Position numbers and translations under genes: made by a program. A DNA stretch of 64,000 bases, from positions 62,001 through 126,000 of the IMG/VR virus record IMGVR_UViG_3300020404_001964, one strand, 5' to 3'. The notes beneath the pieces are model-generated. The model saw nothing but the letters and a program-made list of their open reading frames with translations. It had not been told where the DNA came from and ran no database searches. Below are positions 58,709-64,000 of the stretch, piece after piece. Within the stretch, counting starts at the first letter, position 1, and every line of letters begins with the position of its first letter. Origin of the DNA: an uncultured virus (IMG/VR IMGVR_UViG_3300020404_001964) (lineage: Duplodnaviria > Heunggongvirae > Uroviricota > Caudoviricetes).

Positions 58709-60187
58709 ATGGCATATATTGTTAACAAATTTGATGGAACACTGATAGCAACTGTAGAAGACGGTACTATTGATAATACAACTAATCTACGTTTTATAGG
58801 TAAAAACTATGCTGGTTACGGTGAAATTCAAAACGAAAACTTCTTACACCTATTAGAAAATTTTGCTAGTGGCACACAACCAACTCGTCCATTAGGTGGT
58901 CAGATATGGTTTGACACAAATTCAAGCAAATTAAAATTTTATGATGGAACAAAATTCAGAACAACAGGCGGTGCTGAAGTAGGTACTACTGCTCCAGCAG
59001 GTTTAACAACTGGTGACTTTTGGTGGGATTCAGCAAACAGTCAATTGTATGCTTGGGACGGCACAAGTTTTATTCTTGTAGGTCCACAAGGCACAGGAAG
59101 TACAGTAACACAATTTGTATCAAGACAAATCAAAGACAGTTTAAATGCCAACCAACAGATCATTGAAGGAAAAGTAAACAATGAAACTGTTTTAATTTTT
59201 AGTTCAACAGCATTCACAATAGGCACAGCAGATCCTTCAAACACAATTACAGGATTTGATGTTGTTAAAAAAGGTATTACATTAGTCAACACACAATCTA
59301 CAACAAACGGTGTAACAACAACTGACCACAGATATTGGGGAACAGCATCTAACTCAGATAGATTAGGTGGCTTCCTTGCTTCTGATTACATCAGATCAGG
59401 TTCAAGTGCTTTCTCTAGCATTGTAAGATTTGGAGATGTAGGTTTTACAGTTGGTGATTCAAATGATTTAAAAGTAGCAATAGAAAATGGATCTGAAGGA
59501 ATAATTGCCAATGAAATTGGAAACAAAATTACTTTAAAAGTAAATGACACAGGTTCAGTAAATGAGATTGCTTTTGTAAGTCCAGATGGAATTATACCTG
59601 GTACAGGAAATAAAAATTTAGGAATAGTAACAGACAAATGGTATGAAGTACACGCAAACTATTTTAAAGGTTTGGCTGACAGTGCTTCAGGTATTGAGTT
59701 TGGTGCACAAACTTATTTAGGTGCAACAACAGCCGTAAACAACACAGTGGCATTAAGAGATGGCACAGGAAAAGTTACAGCAAATACTTTTGACGGTGTG
59801 GCAACATCGGCTTCTTATGCTGACTTGGCTGAGATCTACACAACAGATAAAGAATACGAAGTTGGAACAGTAATGGCAATTGGCGGTGACGCAGAAACAA
59901 CAGCATTTTTTGATGGAGGTCCATTTGGTGGAAATGTTTTTGGTGTTATATCAGGCAGTCCAGGATTTTTGATGAACAAAGATGCTGAAGGACAAGCGAT
60001 TGCTTTTGTTGGTCGTGTGCCAGTTAAAGTTAAAGGCGCAGTTGAAAAAGGCGAAAAAGTTTATGCGATGGATTATGGTATCGCAACTACTACCAAAAAA
60101 GGACAATTGGTAGGTTTTGCTTTAGAAACAAATGCAGATGAATCCACAAAATTAGTAGAGGTAGCACTAAGGTTAATAAATAATTAG
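58709..60187 (+). CDS. Tail fibre protein with C-terminal intramolecular-chaperone (peptidase G2-like) domain
   Basis: Same N-terminal module; C-term YADLAEIY...GTVM.IGG...GVIS..P..LMN...GRVPVKV.G.V.KG. Confidence 0.75.
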   Translation: MAYIVNKFDGTLIATVEDGTIDNTTNLRFIGKNYAGYGEIQNENFLHLLENFASGTQPTRPLGGQIWFDTNSSKLKFYDGTKFRTTGGAEVGTTAPAGLTTGDFWWDSANSQLYAWDGTSFILVGPQGTGSTVTQFVSRQIKDSLNANQQIIEGKVNNETVLIFSSTAFTIGTADPSNTITGFDVVKKGITLVNTQSTTNGVTTTDHRYWGTASNSDRLGGFLASDYIRSGSSAFSSIVRFGDVGFTVGDSNDLKVAIENGSEGIIANEIGNKITLKVNDTGSVNEIAFVSPDGIIPGTGNKNLGIVTDKWYEVHANYFKGLADSASGIEFGAQTYLGATTAVNNTVALRDGTGKVTANTFDGVATSASYADLAEIYTTDKEYEVGTVMAIGGDAETTAFFDGGPFGGNVFGVISGSPGFLMNKDAEGQAIAFVGRVPVKVKGAVEKGEKVYAMDYGIATTTKKGQLVGFALETNADESTKLVEVALRLINN

Positions 60188-60202
60188 TAGGAATAGAATA
60201 CA

Positions 60203-61072
60203 ATGGCTTTAGTAACCGCAAACAGATTTAATACTCTTAGACAGCAAATAGATAATGTGTTAGGAAATGGTTCAGGTGATACTGGATATGGACAAACACT
60301 TATTACACAATCAGTTCAGGTAGGTGATTTAATCAATGCTACCAACATCAACAACGCATACGAAGATTTAAGAAAAGCATACAAACATCAAACAGGTGGA
60401 GATCCAGCGTCTAACTTAATTCAAATTGTTTCTCAAGGAGATTTGATTAAAGAAAATGATGGTGTTAATTACACAGGTTGGGATCAATACGAAGCATTGG
60501 CAACAACAGTTGGAACAAATAGATTAACAGTTGACTCTACACAACAATCAGTTGTACTTGCTAGTAGCAATCAAAGAGGTTCGTGGAATGGTACAATTAC
60601 ATTGAGAATCGAAGTTAACTTTACATCTGAAGATGCTAGAAGACATTATTTCAACGCAGGCGGTTATATTCAAATTTCATCGAGTACAACAGACAGCAGT
60701 TCAAAAGGAAATTCCTGGAACAATGTAATGGGCGGAAATTTAAAATTTGGTGCTCACGGAACTACTCACACAGGAAACGGATCAGTAACAGGATCTGGAA
60801 TAGGAAACTACGAACTAGACGGAACTTCTCAGAGACTATTATCAAACTTTGATGCAGGTGGTGGAGCATATTCTGCCAACGATTACTATGTGGATGTACA
60901 GCGAACAAGTGCCACACAAATTAGATTCACAATGAACTGGAGAGACCAAGCAGGCGGTAATCCAGATGAAAACATTTCGAATTTAAGAAGTTACATTTAC
61001 ACAGCAACAGCAATCACAGATGTAATTGGTACTGCACCAGGTGTTGTACGTGGTTCTGGCGATAATTTCTAA
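60203..61072 (+). CDS. Virion structural protein
   Basis: GYGQ..., ARRHYFNAGG; G/S/T/N-rich; late promoter at 60177. Confidence 0.65.
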   Translation: MALVTANRFNTLRQQIDNVLGNGSGDTGYGQTLITQSVQVGDLINATNINNAYEDLRKAYKHQTGGDPASNLIQIVSQGDLIKENDGVNYTGWDQYEALATTVGTNRLTVDSTQQSVVLASSNQRGSWNGTITLRIEVNFTSEDARRHYFNAGGYIQISSSTTDSSSKGNSWNNVMGGNLKFGAHGTTHTGNGSVTGSGIGNYELDGTSQRLLSNFDAGGGAYSANDYYVDVQRTSATQIRFTMNWRDQAGGNPDENISNLRSYIYTATAITDVIGTAPGVVRGSGDNF

Positions 61073-61080
61073 TCTATAAT

Positions 61081-61109
61081 TTGACTTATATCCAAAAATC
61101 AAGTATAAT
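61081..61109 (+). promoter_or_regulatory. sigma70 promoter TTGACT-N17-TATAAT
   Basis: TTGACT tatatccaaaaatcaag TATAAT, ending 12 nt before ATG 61122. Confidence 0.8.
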
Positions 61110-61121
61110 ATTCTTAATATT

Positions 61122-61457
61122 ATGGATGAATCCTTATCAAAATCTTTGGAATACGCAGAGCGTCTAAGAACGTTCAATAATCAATTAAAATTGTTGAAAG
61201 AGAAATGTCTTGAAAACAATATCTATTATACCGAAGGACATCAATTCACAATAGACCTTGCTCTTATAAATTACTGTCTCACGTATATCAATATCAAAAA
61301 AACAAATGAAGCAATATTTCTAGATGATTACAAACAACCTGTCAAAATTACAGATATTAAATCCTTTCATAGCGACATTACTGATTTGTATCAACGCAAT
61401 CTAAATCAATACCTTGTGGAATACAATCAATTAGTGAAAGACAAAGGTGAGATTTAA
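61122..61457 (+). CDS. Hypothetical protein
   Basis: 111-aa ORF heading the final operon. Confidence 0.7.
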   Translation: MDESLSKSLEYAERLRTFNNQLKLLKEKCLENNIYYTEGHQFTIDLALINYCLTYINIKKTNEAIFLDDYKQPVKITDIKSFHSDITDLYQRNLNQYLVEYNQLVKDKGEI

Positions 61458-61459
61458 TC

Positions 61460-62272
61460 ATGACCAAAGGGGTTTTGCTTTTTGCTCATAACAATAGCAC
61501 TGTGGATTATGTCAAACAGGCTAATTTTTGTGCAGGTCAGATTAAAAAACATCTTGATTTGCCAGTGTGTTTGATTACATCGGACAAATTCAACGAAGAT
61601 CATAATAATTTTAATCACGTCATTGTAGTAGAAAAACCAAACACAGATCAAACAAAAAGATTTTACAATGTTACAAACAGTTATGAGGATACATGGAACA
61701 ATACTTCAAGACCAGATGCTTATTCTTTAACTCCGTACGATGAAACCATTGTAATGGATACTGACTATATTGTGGCAAACAGCAACCTTAACAAAGTGTT
61801 TGAAAGCAAAGAAGATTTTTTAATCAACTACAAAGCACAACACGTAGACTTTGAATCTAGATACACAGAAGAAATGAAATATGTTAGTGATACAGGTATT
61901 GAAATGTGCTGGGCAACTGTATTTTATTTTAAGAAAACTGAAAGAACTAGAATTTTGTTTGATTTAATCAATCATATCAAAAAAGAATGGCAATTTTATA
62001 GATTCAAATATCAAATTGAAAATACAATTTATAGAAATGATTTTGCTTTTGCCATAGCAATTCACATGATTAATGATTTTGCTAAAACAAGTTGGCCCAA
62101 GCAATTGCCTAGCAAGTTGTTTTATACAACGGACAAAGATAGTGTAGACTCTTATCTTGATAATAAATGGAATTTTACATTAGAGCGAGGAGCAAAATGT
62201 CAGATTAAAGATATGAATATACACATAATGAACAAAATAGGATTGAATAAAATTATAGATCAATATGAATAG
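61460..62272 (+). CDS. GT-A fold glycosyltransferase-like protein (GT8-like)
   Basis: KGVLLFA, VCLIT, AYSLTPYDETIVMDTD (DxD), WATVFYFKK, RNDFAFAIA. Confidence 0.7.
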   Translation: MTKGVLLFAHNNSTVDYVKQANFCAGQIKKHLDLPVCLITSDKFNEDHNNFNHVIVVEKPNTDQTKRFYNVTNSYEDTWNNTSRPDAYSLTPYDETIVMDTDYIVANSNLNKVFESKEDFLINYKAQHVDFESRYTEEMKYVSDTGIEMCWATVFYFKKTERTRILFDLINHIKKEWQFYRFKYQIENTIYRNDFAFAIAIHMINDFAKTSWPKQLPSKLFYTTDKDSVDSYLDNKWNFTLERGAKCQIKDMNIHIMNKIGLNKIIDQYE

Positions 62273-63086
62273 AGGTTTTATATTATTTGTACAGCAGAAT
62301 GAAACTTGTGATTATTTAAAACAAGCAGTTGCCTGTAGTTTAAGCATAAAGAAATTTATGCCCAAAGAACAAATATGTTTAATGACAGATATCATTGTTC
62401 CTGAAAAATACAAGAAACATTTTGATCATATTCAAGACATACCAGGAGATGATCTCGCAGTTGACAGCGATTGGAAAGTTAATAACAGATGTAAAATTTA
62501 TAATAGCAGTCCATTTGATGAATCTATTGTGCTAGATGTGGATATGTTATTGTTAGAGAATATAGAGCATTGGTGGAAACAATTAAGCAATTATGAATTG
62601 TTTTACACAAACAAAGTTAAAACCTATAGAGATGAATGGGTAACAAATGATTATTATAGAAAAGTATTTGTGGACAATGACTTGCCAAATGTGTATTGTG
62701 GATTTCATTATTTTAAAAAATGTAAAAACAATGATGTGTTTTTTAAATTGTTAACAGATATTGTAGTGAACTATGAACAATACAGCAAACGTTTTACAAA
62801 AAATCGCACTCAATCTTGGTGCAGTATGGATGTTGCCACAGCAATAGCAATAAAATTATTAGGTATTCAGCATAAAGTTTTCAGCACACAGTCTAATTTG
62901 ACATTTACACATATGAAACCTAGAATACAAAACTATCAAAGTCAATTGAAATTATGGACGGAACAGATAGATTATAATCTTACACCACAAAATGAATTAT
63001 TTGTGGGAAACTTTAAACAAAAAGGAATATTTCATTATGTTGAGGATAATTTTTTAACAGATAAGATGTTGGAGCAACTACAATGA
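62265..63086 (+). CDS. GT-A fold glycosyltransferase-like protein, paralogue of the previous gene
   Basis: RGFILF, ICLMTD, SPFDESIVLDVDML (DxD), HYFKK, FTHMK, FHY. Confidence 0.7.
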   Translation: MNRGFILFVQQNETCDYLKQAVACSLSIKKFMPKEQICLMTDIIVPEKYKKHFDHIQDIPGDDLAVDSDWKVNNRCKIYNSSPFDESIVLDVDMLLLENIEHWWKQLSNYELFYTNKVKTYRDEWVTNDYYRKVFVDNDLPNVYCGFHYFKKCKNNDVFFKLLTDIVVNYEQYSKRFTKNRTQSWCSMDVATAIAIKLLGIQHKVFSTQSNLTFTHMKPRIQNYQSQLKLWTEQIDYNLTPQNELFVGNFKQKGIFHYVEDNFLTDKMLEQLQ

Positions 63087-63679
63087 AGATAAGACCGCCA
63101 CTAGAATTTGACGTAATACGTCCTAAAGTAAAACATTACTTTCATTTCGAGCCTGAAAGCGGAGATGTGTTTGGTTGTAGTGTACAGCAACAAGGACATA
63201 GTGTTGAAATTACAAAAGAACTAGCAGATGAAATACAAAAAGGTTCAAAACATTTAGCAGACTACAAGGTGACATTTAAAAATACAGGTTATGTTGTGGA
63301 ATCACGTTATGTAGTAGACAACAAACTGCCAACTGATATACAAACAGATAATCACACCAACAAAGTAGTCTATGAAATAGTAAAAAATGATAAAGATTCT
63401 TGTATTAGATTTAAACTTGATATGAAAAATAAAAAATGGAACGTCAGTATAGATGATGATTTAAAAAACATAATACAAACCACAGTAAAACAAGACAATT
63501 ATGTGTTTAAATTTTTTACTACACCACAACACAATACAAGTGTTGCTGATTATTCTTTCAATATAGATTTAAAACAGTTATGTGACACTGGTGATATTCA
63601 ACTTCAACACAAATCTAATGAAACACCCAGATTGTTTTGTAGAAAAATTTACAATTATTCATATGAGGTAGCACAATGA
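63083..63679 (+). CDS. Hypothetical protein
   Basis: 198-aa ORF with ATGA overlaps on both sides. Confidence 0.65.
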   Translation: MKIRPPLEFDVIRPKVKHYFHFEPESGDVFGCSVQQQGHSVEITKELADEIQKGSKHLADYKVTFKNTGYVVESRYVVDNKLPTDIQTDNHTNKVVYEIVKNDKDSCIRFKLDMKNKKWNVSIDDDLKNIIQTTVKQDNYVFKFFTTPQHNTSVADYSFNIDLKQLCDTGDIQLQHKSNETPRLFCRKIYNYSYEVAQ

Positions 63680-64000
63680 TTTTAAAAGTAGCAGACATGG
63701 ATTTTATATTTTTAAGTGTTGATGAACCTAATGCTGAAAAGAATTTTGCTGATTTAAAAAGAAAAATCCCATGGGCAAAACGTGTTCATGGTGTAAAAGG
63801 TTTTGACACAGCACATAAAAAGGCGGCAGAGGTATCTGAAACAGACAGATTTATCACAGTTGATGCCGACACCCAAGTACATAACAGTTTTTTAAATGTA
63901 ATGGTTGATTTAAATTCATTAGGATTAGACAACACATATCAATTAAGTTGGTGTGGACATATTGATCTTAATGGATTAAGATATGGTAACGGCAGTTTGA
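63676..64000 (+). CDS. Glycosyltransferase-like protein; runs off the window end
   Basis: Not in ORF track. Hand translation: MILKVADMDFIFLSVDEPNAEKNF...RVHGVKGFDTAHKKAA..S.TDRFITVDAD (DxD)...NGLRYGNG. Confidence 0.7.
   Translation, partial: MILKVADMDFIFLSVDEPNAEKNFADLKRKIPWAKRVHGVKGFDTAHKKAAEVSETDRFITVDADTQVHNSFLNVMVDLNSLGLDNTYQLSWCGHIDLNGLRYGNGSL

Noticed and set aside
1..64000. Stop-codon reassignment as seen in some large phages
   Set aside because: Core genes are full length in the standard code, and TAA, TAG and TGA are all used as stops.

Overview
This is a 64-kb AT-rich segment of a large T4-superfamily myovirus genome; the host cannot be determined from the sequence. It is mostly virion-morphogenesis genes. 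The minus-strand arm (1-22971) carries tail-fibre/spike genes, major capsid, scaffold, prohead protease, portal and tape measure. A central block holds gp26/gp51-like chaperones, a HemD-like gene, a GIY-YIG-like nuclease, an Hc1-like protein, gp46/gp47 and the late sigma factor gp55. The plus-strand arm (29662-64000) carries baseplate genes (gp54-, gp53-, hub-, gp5-, PAAR, gp25-, gp6-like, a 4890-aa giant protein), short fibres and glycosyltransferase-like genes. Late genes are preceded by TAAATA; four consensus sigma70 promoters mark early or accessory units. The most notable items are: (1) a ~385-nt ORF-free, GC-enriched, densely base-paired element starting at the stop codon of the GIY-YIG-like gene, a candidate large ncRNA and possible nuclease-RNA system; (2) two structured 5' leaders on late genes, one with mutually exclusive folds; (3) a tandem -1 slippery site that would fuse the gp26- and gp51-like ORFs; (4) phage-encoded, shortened HemB and HemD tetrapyrrole enzymes. 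All protein calls come from motifs recognised by eye; no database searches or folding programs were run. No tRNA, rRNA or CRISPR array was seen.
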